From Gemmatimonadota bacterium (GTDB taxonomy: Bacteria > Gemmatimonadota > Gemmatimonadetes > Gemmatimonadales > GWC2-71-9): DNA of 64,000 nucleotides. Under the pieces are notes generated by a model that was not told the DNA's origin, did not search any database, and saw nothing but the letters and a program-made list of their open reading frames with translations. Of this stretch, positions 53,840-63,063 are shown piece by piece; position 1 is the first letter of the stretch; every line of letters starts with the position of its first letter. The position numbers and the translations under genes were made by a program. The stretch is from the NCBI GenBank assembly GCA_003221005.1, contig QHTZ01000081.1:1-64000 (forward strand), read 5' to 3'.

Positions 53840-54956
53840 GCTCCGTGCGGTCCAGATCGGCGTCGAGGGGGCGCCGCTCCAGGAACTCACGCACCGTCTC
53901 GGGGATGGTCTGTCGCCGTCCGGCCACGCCCACGGTCTGGAGGCGAGGCAGCTCGGGGCGGCGGACATCGAGCTGGAAGTGGAGCGCGCGCGCCTTGTAC
54001 GCTCGGATGGCGGCGTGATCGAGGTCGCGCGCCGTGGCGCGGGAGACGTCGAACACGAGGAGGCGCACCACCTGGTCGTCGATCGGCGGCTTGGCGACGG
54101 CCACTGCGGCGGCGATCCGCTCGTCCAGCTCCTTCGGGGTGAGGCCTTTCCCTTCGATCACGGGCAGCTCGACGTGGCGCCGCGCCAGCGCCAGCGGTCG
54201 AAACGTCACCCGGGCGCCCGGCAGCTCCACCAGGAGGTAGCCCTTCCCGCGCCGCCCGTGCTCCGCTTCGTCTTGGAGCTGGCCCCACGGATTGGGGGCG
54301 ACGTACTCGAGGCTCCCCGCGTACCACGCGTTGGGCGCCAGCTGCTGCGCCACGTGGTAGTGGCCGAGCGCGACGTAGTCCCACTGGGCGGGGGCGAGGT
54401 CGGTGCGATCGACCGGCGCGCCGCCGTACTCCATGGTGCCGCGCGCTTCGCCCACTCCCGGCCATTGCCCGTGGAGCAGCAGCACGTTGAAGGTGCGCCC
54501 ACCCTGCGGCCGCAGGGCCGGCCGCTCAGGTTGGGCCAGCGCCTGATGCGGCACCGCGAGGACCGAGCAATCGAGCGCCGGGAAGACGAGCCGCCGTGCC
54601 TGGTCCACCACCACCTCCACGCCGAGCGCTTCGTACAGCCGCAGGATCGTCCCGGTCTCGGCGCTGCGGGGCGTGTCGTGCTCTCCCGCGATCATCACTA
54701 CGGCGGAGTCGGGTAGCTCTGCCCGCAGGCGCTGCAGCTGGCGAAACAGGAACAGGATCGCGGGGTTGGCCGGCCGGATGGAGTGGAAGATGTCTCCCGC
54801 GAGGAGAATCAAGTCGGGGCGCTGGTCGATGAGGTCGTCCACCGCGCGCCGGAACGCTTCGGCGACGTCGGCCTCGCGCTGGTTCCCGCCCCGAGGCGTC
54901 TGCCGCTCGCACTGGCGGAACCCGAGGTGCAGGTCGGCGAGGTGCGCGAGCTTCAC
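53840..54956 (-). CDS. sbcD: SbcD/Mre11 nuclease (3' end and stop lost at the junction near 53840)
   Basis: ADLHLG, AGDIFH, GEHD, LHG, ALGHYH, YAGS. Confidence 0.88.
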
Positions 54957-54960
54957 CCGC

Positions 54961-55818
54961 TCACTTCGCCTCGTTCAGCTGGAGCGACGTGAGATGTTGC
55001 AGCGACATCTGCACCGCTCCCTGCGGACCGCCGCTCACGTTGACCCGCATGTTCCCTCCCATCGACGAGCGGACCGCCGCCCCCCGCGTGACCGAGAACA
55101 GCTGCTCCCCGGCGAGCCCCCCCGTCAGCTTCAGCGTTTGCCGCGCCCCGCCGTCCCCGGTGACGGTGATCGGGTCCCCCGGAAAAGTGGTCTCCACGCC
55201 GACCAGGATGGTGGTGTCGGGGCCGCCCGCATTCAGCTCCTTGAGCGTCAACTTCGTATGCGCCCTGGCCGTGCCGCTCCCGATCTCGCCGACGGGCAGC
55301 GCGGTTTCCGTGGTCCAGGAGTCGCCCACCCCCACGGGCTGCTCGGGGAGGGGGAAGACCATCCCCTCGATGTGACCCCCCAACTGCTCCATGATCTGCG
55401 GCGGTAGCCCGCGGACCGGGGCGAGCTCGGCGTGCAGCACGTTCATGCGGTCGTCGTAGACGACCTGGCCCTTGAGTCCGCGCATCCCAACGAGCACGGG
55501 ATCGAGCGAGCCGGGCGCCAGCATGGTGGACTCGATGGCGGTCGAGTCGAGCCTGATCGTCACGGCGACGCCACCCCGCGCGGGCCCGCCCACGGACTGG
55601 GTGAAGTACATCCGCGTGGTGAACTTCTGCTCCCCCAAGTGCCCCATGGGACCGCCCTCGAGCTTCATGGAGTTGTGCTGCTCCAGGGCGTAGTGGTACG
55701 AGGCGCCGACCGGTGGATGGTAGCGCAGCGTCAGCTTCGTGGCGCTCCGTTCTTTGCCGCACCCGAGGGCCGCGAGCCCCAGAGCGAGCCCTGCGAAGCG
55801 ACGGGCGTGGTGTGACAT
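54961..55818 (-). CDS. Hypothetical lipoprotein
   Basis: ALGC lipobox; beta-rich, LPEQPVGVGDSW. Confidence 0.7.
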   Translation of the reverse strand: MSHHARRFAGLALGLAALGCGKERSATKLTLRYHPPVGASYHYALEQHNSMKLEGGPMGHLGEQKFTTRMYFTQSVGGPARGGVAVTIRLDSTAIESTMLAPGSLDPVLVGMRGLKGQVVYDDRMNVLHAELAPVRGLPPQIMEQLGGHIEGMVFPLPEQPVGVGDSWTTETALPVGEIGSGTARAHTKLTLKELNAGGPDTTILVGVETTFPGDPITVTGDGGARQTLKLTGGLAGEQLFSVTRGAAVRSSMGGNMRVNVSGGPQGAVQMSLQHLTSLQLNEAK

Positions 55819-55832
55819 CCAGCGGCCTCCAG

Positions 55833-57791
55833 TCAGTATGGTTCGTCCGACAGCGGGTTGAGGGGCGGCACCGCCTCGCGCGCGCGTCCGGCGGGCTCGG
55901 CCGCCGCGACCCGCGCCCCTAGCGCCCGCCGGAAGAACGCGAGCGGGTCTTCGGGCCGGGCGCGCCGTGTCGCGGCGAGCGCGCGGCGCACGTCATCCGG
56001 CGCGCGGTCGACGATGAGGTCGTGCACCGCGTTCGGCCGGATCCTGCGGTCGAGCCTGAGGAGCTGGCGCACGACCGCGTCGGCGAACGGCAGATCGGCA
56101 GCGGGTGGGAACCGCTCGACGCCGTCCCGCCCGCGCAGCACCGCGGGCCGCGGGAACCGCACGAAGATCGGTTGCGTGAAATGCGGGTGGCGCACCATCA
56201 GCTCGCCGATGGGCAGGGTGGCGAGCTTGATCTTGGTGGCGGGCGAGAGCACCTGGTAGCCGGGCGTGGCCAGCTCGTCGTAGTCCATACGCCCGTAGAC
56301 GATCGTGCCGGCGTTCCCCACCACTCGCCGATGTACCTGCGAGCGGAACTGCTCGGCGCCGAAGAGCACGAGCCCAAGGTAACGCCCGCGCTCCGAGATA
56401 TCGAGCAGCATCTTGCGGACGTACGTGTCCGGCCCGTCGGCCGGCGCGTACTTGTTGAGCTCGTCCACGAACACCACGACGGCCTCGACGCCGAGATCGC
56501 GCCGCTCGAGGTGCTCGCGCAGCTGCGACACGACGCGCGCAAACACGAGGTCCTGGCCAAGCGGATCCACGTTCGCCAGATCGACCACGTACACGGCCCG
56601 GTCCTCGAACGCGCCCCACGGCAGGTCGTTCGAGGGGCCGTCGTCGGTGACGAGCCCCTTGCAACGGGTCGAGATGTTGGAGAGCCGGTTCCGGACCTTG
56701 CGCATCGTCGCGATGTGATGAGTGCGCCACATGTCGCTGCGGCCTGCCAGCTCGAGCCCGTCGAAGATGGCGCGGAACAGCGCATCCAGGTCTGCGAACG
56801 TCTGGACCCGATGGGTGCCGCCGAAGCCATCGTCGAACTCCCGGTTGAGCACCCGGTCGGCGAGGAAGTCGATGAATGCGTCGGCCTTGGCGTCGATGTC
56901 GTCGCGGTTCAGGAGCACTTCGGCGAAGTCGAGCACCTCCTGGAGGCCCCACACGAGGGGCTCGACGGCGCCCACGAGGTCGGGATGGGTGCGCAGCGTA
57001 TTGAGGTTCACGCCGTCCGCCTTGAAGGGCGCGTAGTAGCGCACCCGGCGGAACGGCTGCGGCGCGACCCCGAGCCGCTCGTAGCGGCGGCGGTCCGCGT
57101 CGTCGAGGCTCCCCGGCTGGTCGAGGAAGCAGAGGTCGGGACCCTTCACGTTGAAGCACACGGCGGCAATCCGTCCCTTGTGCGCCGGGAAGTGCTGGAA
57201 GATGGACGACAACAGGAACTCGACGGCGCTCGTCTTGGTCGCGAGTCCAGAGACGCCCGAGATGTTGAGGTGAGCCGCTTCAGGACCGTGCAGGAAGTCC
57301 GCGTCCAGGTAGACCGGCGCCTCGAGCCCTCCCGAGGTGTACAGCCCCACCGGGATGGCGGTGGGGGTGGCGCCCTGGAGGTAGGTCTCCATGCGGAGGG
57401 CGCGGGCCACGTCAGGGTCGGTCGCCACGAACACGCGGCCGAGCGGGACCGGCTGCAGCGGCTCCTCGGGCTCCTGGCGCAGCACGGCCGCGGTCCACAG
57501 CCGAATCTCCTGGCGCACCGTGGGGCTGTCAGCTGCGCGAGCGGGATCTCCGTCGGCGCCGACCACGTCGTGCAGTGGGGTGGCAAGGTCGGAGTAGGCG
57601 AACCCATCCGTCACAACCCCGAAGACCACCCTTCCCTCTTCCCCCGTCCCACTTCCCTCGACCCTGACAATCGCCCCGATCCCGATCGCCGTCTCGGTAG
57701 CGGTCCAGAAGTGGAATTGGTGCGGCGTCGCCGGCTTGAGCTCGGTGGCGACCACCCGGCCGACCGGCTCCGGCGCCCGTTTCTGGATCAC
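55833..57791 (-). CDS. herA: HerA-like ATPase
   Basis: N-terminal barrel, AHLNISGVSGLATKTS, FNVKG.DL, VFVDELNKYAP, ERGRYLG...AEQ. Confidence 0.8.
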   Translation of the reverse strand: MIQKRAPEPVGRVVATELKPATPHQFHFWTATETAIGIGAIVRVEGSGTGEEGRVVFGVVTDGFAYSDLATPLHDVVGADGDPARAADSPTVRQEIRLWTAAVLRQEPEEPLQPVPLGRVFVATDPDVARALRMETYLQGATPTAIPVGLYTSGGLEAPVYLDADFLHGPEAAHLNISGVSGLATKTSAVEFLLSSIFQHFPAHKGRIAAVCFNVKGPDLCFLDQPGSLDDADRRRYERLGVAPQPFRRVRYYAPFKADGVNLNTLRTHPDLVGAVEPLVWGLQEVLDFAEVLLNRDDIDAKADAFIDFLADRVLNREFDDGFGGTHRVQTFADLDALFRAIFDGLELAGRSDMWRTHHIATMRKVRNRLSNISTRCKGLVTDDGPSNDLPWGAFEDRAVYVVDLANVDPLGQDLVFARVVSQLREHLERRDLGVEAVVVFVDELNKYAPADGPDTYVRKMLLDISERGRYLGLVLFGAEQFRSQVHRRVVGNAGTIVYGRMDYDELATPGYQVLSPATKIKLATLPIGELMVRHPHFTQPIFVRFPRPAVLRGRDGVERFPPAADLPFADAVVRQLLRLDRRIRPNAVHDLIVDRAPDDVRRALAATRRARPEDPLAFFRRALGARVAAAEPAGRAREAVPPLNPLSDEPY

Positions 57792-58774
57792 GAAGCCGCT
57801 TTGGGGAGGCGGGAGGCGGGGGACGGGAGCAGGTCCCGCGGGGCGCGCGCTCTCAGATACGTCTCCACGTCATGAATGGGATAAAGTAATCGATCCCACC
57901 GCGCATCGGGGGTCGAGACCGGCGCGCGCTCGCGCGCGAGCCAGCCGCTCACGCCCGACGCCGCCGTGACCGTTGCGGGATGGGCGCGCGCCTCGACCCG
58001 CAGCAGGCCGAACAACAGGTCGTTCCCCTCCCACGGCCACAGCCGCAGGTACCACGAGTAAACCTCGTGGTGCGCCCGACCCCGCGGGCGGAACACCGAG
58101 GTGCGATGCAGCGCCGGAAGCGTGAGGGCGCGCGTGAGGGCGTCGCCCTCGAAGTACTGCGCGCCGTGGCTCTTGATCACGCCGAGCGCGCGCGGATGCC
58201 CGGCGAGGCGGGCGGACTCGGAGAGCACACCGTCCACGACGAACCACTCTTCGGCGCCGAGCGACGCGAGGTGCCGCTCCGCCAGGTCCTTCTCGAGCGC
58301 GACGCGGGCGTTCTCGACGGCGCGCCGTGCTGCCTCGAGCGCCGGCCCAGGCTGGCCCAGGGCCTCCTGAGGCACGTCCACCAGGTCCACGCCGCTCGCC
58401 TCGAGCGCCGCGCGCACGCCGGGACGCAGCGCGGCCACGGCTGCCGCGTGAAACTCCCGCGTCGTCTCCCCGACGACGCGCAGCCGGCGGTCTCCAGTCC
58501 GGCGTCGCACGGCGGACGCCACGTACGCCCGCACGATGGGCACGGCGCCGTCGTAGTAGGTGACCTTCCAGCGCTGGATACCGTCGAGGAAAGAGGCTGT
58601 CGCGGGGGGGGCAATGACGCCGCCGGGATCGAGTGGGTGGATCCGGACCTCCGTGTCCTCGACCAGCTCGGCCCCGGCGACCTCGCTGAGCTCGGTACGC
58701 CCCAGGCTCTCCTCCGGGACGTGCGACGCCCGCACGGCCCCTGCCGCCACGATCGCGTCCGCCCAGCTGCGCAT
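57788..58774 (-). CDS. nurA: NurA-like nuclease
   Basis: FLDG, VVDG, GVIKSH, YSWYLRL, R...LYPI..VE..LR; coupled to herA. Confidence 0.72.
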   Translation of the reverse strand: MRSWADAIVAAGAVRASHVPEESLGRTELSEVAGAELVEDTEVRIHPLDPGGVIAPPATASFLDGIQRWKVTYYDGAVPIVRAYVASAVRRRTGDRRLRVVGETTREFHAAAVAALRPGVRAALEASGVDLVDVPQEALGQPGPALEAARRAVENARVALEKDLAERHLASLGAEEWFVVDGVLSESARLAGHPRALGVIKSHGAQYFEGDALTRALTLPALHRTSVFRPRGRAHHEVYSWYLRLWPWEGNDLLFGLLRVEARAHPATVTAASGVSGWLARERAPVSTPDARWDRLLYPIHDVETYLRARAPRDLLPSPASRLPKAAS

Positions 58775-58776
58775 GG

Positions 58777-59505
58777 CTAGCGGGTCCGCAGTGCCCAGCC
58801 GATGTAGGTGATGCTCGTGTCGTCCACCAGGGAGCGGGTCCCGTCGGGCGCCCGGCCCACGCCCTTCACCTCCTGCACCACCATGCCGTGGCGCGCCAGC
58901 CCGTCGCCAAGCTCGGCGGGCGTGATGAAGCGGGCGAAGTCGTGGAAGCCTTCGGGCATCGTATGGCGCACGTATTCCTCTTCCCAGATCAGCTCGAGGA
59001 ACGCGGCCAGAGTGCGGTTGTGCGTAAGGAAGCCGAGCCCGCCACCGGGGGCGAGCACCGTGGCGATCGCGTCGACGGTGGCGTCGAGGTCCTCCACGTG
59101 CTCGAGCACGTCCACGGCGAAGACGAGGTCGAAGCCCACCCCGAGCCCGCCCGACGCGAGCGCCTCGGCCGTGCCAAGCCGGTAGTCGATCGAGAGGCCG
59201 GAGCGCGCCGCGTGCTCACGCGCGGCCGTGAGGGACTTTTCCGACGGATCGACCCCGGTGACGATCGCCCCCTCGCGGACGAGCGTTTCCGCCAGGATCC
59301 CCCCGCCGCACCCCACGTCCAGGGCGCGCTTCCTGCCGAAGCCGCCGAACACCGTGCGGAAGTACTCGACCCGCAGCACGTTGAGCTGATGCAACCCGAC
59401 GAAGGGACCCGCGTCGCTCCACCACACGCCCGGGACGCGCTCGACGAGGCGTTCGTACTTGTCCGGCTCGGAAAGCCCGCCGACGCGGGGGAGGGAGTCG
59501 GTCAG
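58777..59505 (-). CDS. UbiG-like SAM-dependent O-methyltransferase
   Basis: WW...GPF..LH.LN.LR, LDVGCGGGIL, VLEHV, NRT, G.HD...FITP.EL. Confidence 0.85.
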   Translation of the reverse strand: MTDSLPRVGGLSEPDKYERLVERVPGVWWSDAGPFVGLHQLNVLRVEYFRTVFGGFGRKRALDVGCGGGILAETLVREGAIVTGVDPSEKSLTAAREHAARSGLSIDYRLGTAEALASGGLGVGFDLVFAVDVLEHVEDLDATVDAIATVLAPGGGLGFLTHNRTLAAFLELIWEEEYVRHTMPEGFHDFARFITPAELGDGLARHGMVVQEVKGVGRAPDGTRSLVDDTSITYIGWALRTR

Positions 59506-60023
59506 GCCGTGGCCTCGACGTCGACGTTGGGGAAGGGTGGCACCTCGAGGAACCACAGGCCCGCGATCCGCGCGTGCTTGTCTATCTCCACCAGCAGCAG
59601 ATCCGCCACGCGCACGACTGTGACCGAGCGCGAGCGGCCCACACGCAGGTGGAACACCGACTCCGTCTGGTTCTTCTCGACCGTGAGCGCGGTATCCACT
59701 TCGACGCCGGCGACTCCGGGCTGCGACAGCCGGCTGGGGAACACCACGCGCCCCTCCTTCGCGGCCGCCGGCGTCGCGAGCTGCTCGATGGTGCGGACGT
59801 CATCGGGCCACGACACGACGTCAACGCCCCGCAGGCACCCGTCCGCGACCTCGATGACGACGAACGAGCCGTCGGTGCCTTCCAGGTCCACGGTGCCGTT
59901 CAACCCGTTCGATTTGGCGACGCCCTTGCACGCCACCGACAGGATGTCCGTCTCCGGATCCCAGTGGTAGCTCACCTTGGGAAGTTTGCCGCCGAGTGGC
60001 TCGATGCGCGCTTCGAAGTTCAT
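59502..60023 (-). CDS. Hypothetical protein (two similar halves, DUF2283-like)
   Basis: WDPETDILSV...GVDV, then a second half ending IAGLWFL. Confidence 0.6.
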   Translation of the reverse strand: MNFEARIEPLGGKLPKVSYHWDPETDILSVACKGVAKSNGLNGTVDLEGTDGSFVVIEVADGCLRGVDVVSWPDDVRTIEQLATPAAAKEGRVVFPSRLSQPGVAGVEVDTALTVEKNQTESVFHLRVGRSRSVTVVRVADLLLVEIDKHARIAGLWFLEVPPFPNVDVEATA

Positions 60024-60091
60024 GGGGAACGACGCCTTCCACCTGCTCGCGAGGGCGGATAATATAGCGCCTGACTCGGAGGGAGCCAGCG

Positions 60092-61266
60092 ATGCAACGG
60101 CGGGAGTTCGTCTCGGTGGCTGGGGCCCTGGTCCTGGCGGCGACGGAAGGACGGAAGGACGGAAGGGGGTGGCGGGGACGTTCCGTCCTTCCGTCGTTCC
60201 GTCCTTCCGTCGCCTCTCAGGAACCAGCCCTCTCGCCCGAAGTCTTCTCCCGCCGCCTCGCGCGCGCGCAGGCGGAGCTCAAGACCCGCAAGTGGGACTT
60301 CCTCATCGCCACGCCAGGCACGACCTACCTCTATTTCACCGGCTACAACCCGGGCCGGAGCGAGCGGCTCATCGCGCTCGTCATCCCCGCGAGCGGCGAG
60401 CCCGCGATCGTGTGCCCGTCGTTCGAGGTGGACCGCATCAAGCGCCATGCGACGGCGCTCGACATCACGGGGTGGGAGGAGCCGGCGAATCCCTATAAGC
60501 TGGTCGAGCGCGTGGTCCGCGCGCGCAAGCCCCGGGCTCCCGGGACGATCGCGCTCGAGTCCTCGACCGCGTTCGGATCGTATCTGGGCATCAAGGACGC
60601 GCTTGGGGGCTGGAAGTTTGAAGATGCCGCCGCCATCACCGACCGGCTGCGGATCATCAAGTTTCCCGAGGAGATCGCGCTGATCCGCCGCGCGATCGCG
60701 ATCACCGAGGACGCGATGGCGGCCACCTTCGCGCAGCTCGCCGTGGGCGTAAGCGAGCACGACGTGGCGGGGGTGCTCGAGCGGGAGATGGAGCGGCGCG
60801 GCGGAGAGGGGGGCGGCGGGCTGGTGCAGTTCGGGCCGTCGAGCGCCCTGCCGCACGGCGGCCCCGCGAGCGTCACGCTCGAGCGCGAGATGGTGGTGCT
60901 GATCGATTGCGGCTGTCGCGTCTCGGGCTATACGTCCGACATCACGCGCACGATCTGGTTCGGCGACCATTGGGCCGGCCCCTCGTCACCCCATGTGAGG
61001 AAATGGATCGCGCCGCGCGCAAGGTGATCAGCGACGCCGGCTTCGGCCGTAACTTCACCCACCGCCTCGGCCACGGAATCGGCCTCGACGGCCACGAGCC
61101 GCCGTATCTCGTCGAAGGAAACGAGGTCCACCTCGAGCCAGGGATGGTGTTCACGCTCGAGCCAGGGGTGTACCAAACTGGGAAATTCGGAGTGCGGATC
61201 GAGGATGACTGTCTGATGACGGAGAACGGAGTTGAGGTCCTGAGTCACCGACCGTCCAAACTCTGA
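60092..61266 (+). pseudogene. Tat-exported Xaa-Pro peptidase (M24), split by deletion/frameshift near 60969
   Basis: MQRREF Tat signal; PHG, DCG, SDITRT in one frame; THRLGHGIGLDGHE, EPG, RIEDD in another. Confidence 0.8.
60142..60212. repeat. Inverted 8-mer tandem-repeat pair (GACGGAAG)3 / (TTCCGTCS)4, in frame in CDS
   Basis: Read directly; lies just after the Tat signal. Confidence 0.85.
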
Positions 61267-61631
61267 CGGGGACGAGGGACGCGGGACGGGGGACGCGTGG
61301 TGCCGAGGCGGCGGCGTAGGCTATAGATGAGGCCGATCAACAGCCCCACGACCTGATTGCTGAGTACCAGCGCCTCGTCCACCGATTTCGCGGGCGCAAG
61401 TTCTAGGTCTCGCACCAATTCGAGATGCGTGCAAAGCTCCGTACCGGAACCGAGGGCAATCCCGAGCGCGTAGCCTTCAGCGATGTTCGCAGGAATCGCC
61501 GCCGCCGCTCGCCGGATCTGATCCGCGAGTCCATAATGGCGACTGAGAGGTGGCTCGAGCGTGAGGCGATAGGCGACGCGCGCGACGGCGCGACCGCGCG
61601 TCCACGCCTGCAAAGAATCGAGCTTTCGCAC
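61245..61631 (-). CDS. Four-helix-bundle protein (23S rRNA IVP / Avd-like, TIGR02436 type)
   Basis: L.AW, YGLADQIRRAAAAIPANIAEG, IALGS..EL; about 10 residues apparently missing after NIAEGYALG. Confidence 0.85.
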   Translation of the reverse strand: MRKLDSLQAWTRGRAVARVAYRLTLEPPLSRHYGLADQIRRAAAAIPANIAEGYALGIALGSGTELCTHLELVRDLELAPAKSVDEALVLSNQVVGLLIGLIYSLRRRLGTTRPPSRVPRPRQSLDGR

Positions 61632-61732
61632 GAATAGAAGTTGGAATGCCGCCTGCCATGGTAGGAGTCATTCCGCCGCATCCATGGTCCTTTCGCCGCA
61701 ACACTCGTCCCCCGTCCCTCGTCCCCCGCCCC
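61268..61732. mobile_element. Putative element: inverted 7-mer arms bracketing the four-helix-bundle gene
   Basis: (NGGGACG)4 at 61268-61295 and (CNCGTCC)-type x4 at 61704-61731, each abutting the stop codon of a flanking convergent gene. Confidence 0.55.
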
Positions 61733-62919
61733 TAGTCTCCTAGCTTCTTCGCAAACCCCACGATCTTCTCCAGCGCCCGCTCGATGTCCCCCGTCGCCGC
61801 CGCGTAAGACAATCGCACGTAGCGATCGTCGCCGAACGCCGAGCCGGGGACCAGCGCCACCCCCGACTCGGTAATGAGACGGGTGCAGAACTCCGTGCCG
61901 CTCGAGCCCCCGAGCGAGTCTACGCGGAAGAAAAAGTAGAACGCGCCCAGCGGATCCACGAACTCCACGCCTGGCAAATCGCGGCGGAAGCGGCCGACCA
62001 CGAGGTCGCGCCGCTTGCGGAACTCCGCTACCATCCGCATCACGTCCTGCTCCACCCGCTCATCGCCCAGGGCGGCGGCCGCGGCGAACTGCGCCGGGTG
62101 ATTCGCCCCGGTGGTGGTATGTGACTGCAGCGCAGCCATGGCCTTGGCGATCTTGCCCGGCGCGAGCGCGATGCCGATGCGCCACCCCGTCATCGCATAC
62201 GCCTTACTGACCCCGTAGATCACGACGACGCGCTCGAGCAGCTCGTCCGGAAGATCGAGGAACGACGGGGCCGGTCCCGGACCGTAATGGATGCGCCGGT
62301 AAATCTCGTCGGTGATCACCCACACCTTGCGCTCCACCGCCCACTGCGCGATCGCCTTGATCTCGGCGTGCGTGTAGACGCCGCCGGTCGGATTGCAGGG
62401 CGAGCACAGGATCAACCCCTGGGCCCCGGGCACCACGCGCTCGAGATCGCGCACCCCCACCTTGAGACTCCACTCCGGATCGCCGGGCACGAGCACGGGC
62501 CGCGCGCGCGTGAGGTGCACGATCTGGGGATACGACACCCAGGCAGGAGCAGGGATCGCCACCACGTCCCCCGGGCCGAACAGACTGAAGCAGACGTTGA
62601 ACAGCGACTGCTTCGAGCCGTTGGAGATGACGACGTGATCGGCGTTCACGGGCCGCCCGCCTGAGAGCAGCGAGAGATGCTTCGCCGCCGCGGCACGGAG
62701 CTCGAGGATCCCCTCGTTCGCCGGGTAGTGGGTCTTCCCCTCCCGAATCGCCCGCACGCCGGCGTCGGCGGGAATCGACGGGGTGGGGAAATCCGGCTCG
62801 CCCGCCCCGAGGTCGATCACATCCTCTCCCGCGGCGCGACGCCGCTTCGCCTCCTGGGAGATGGCGATCGTGGCGGATGTCTCGAGATGCTGAAGGTTGG
62901 GCGACAGCCCCTGCGACAT
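61732..62919 (-). CDS. aspC: PLP-dependent class I aminotransferase (aspartate aminotransferase type)
   Basis: GEPDF, W.SY, PCNPTG, DEIY, SKAYAMTGWRIG, PG.AFG, RLSYA. Confidence 0.9.
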   Translation of the reverse strand: MSQGLSPNLQHLETSATIAISQEAKRRRAAGEDVIDLGAGEPDFPTPSIPADAGVRAIREGKTHYPANEGILELRAAAAKHLSLLSGGRPVNADHVVISNGSKQSLFNVCFSLFGPGDVVAIPAPAWVSYPQIVHLTRARPVLVPGDPEWSLKVGVRDLERVVPGAQGLILCSPCNPTGGVYTHAEIKAIAQWAVERKVWVITDEIYRRIHYGPGPAPSFLDLPDELLERVVVIYGVSKAYAMTGWRIGIALAPGKIAKAMAALQSHTTTGANHPAQFAAAAALGDERVEQDVMRMVAEFRKRRDLVVGRFRRDLPGVEFVDPLGAFYFFFRVDSLGGSSGTEFCTRLITESGVALVPGSAFGDDRYVRLSYAAATGDIERALEKIVGFAKKLGD

Positions 62920-63063
62920 GAGCGACGTGCTCCGTGGCGGACGATGGCAATATCCGCTCGCGCGGTCGCGACGCGCAACTAGTCGCGAGGTTGCCTTTCG
63001 CGCGCCCGCGCGGTAGCATCCCGCCACGAGCGGTACGTCGCCCTTTGACAACTCGAGGATCGT

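Noticed and set aside
52089-54956. 955-aa ORF suggesting an SbcD fusion
   Set aside because: After DLDRTE it reads an alternative frame of sbcC (Arg/Gly/Ala low complexity), caused by the junction deletion near 53840.
55833-58774. HerA plus nuclease as an anti-phage defence system
   Set aside because: The partner looks like NurA and the context is mre11/rad50 and housekeeping genes, with no defence-island or mobile markers.
61245-61631. Diversity-generating retroelement or rRNA intervening sequence
   Set aside because: No reverse transcriptase, no TR/VR pair and no rRNA gene in the window.
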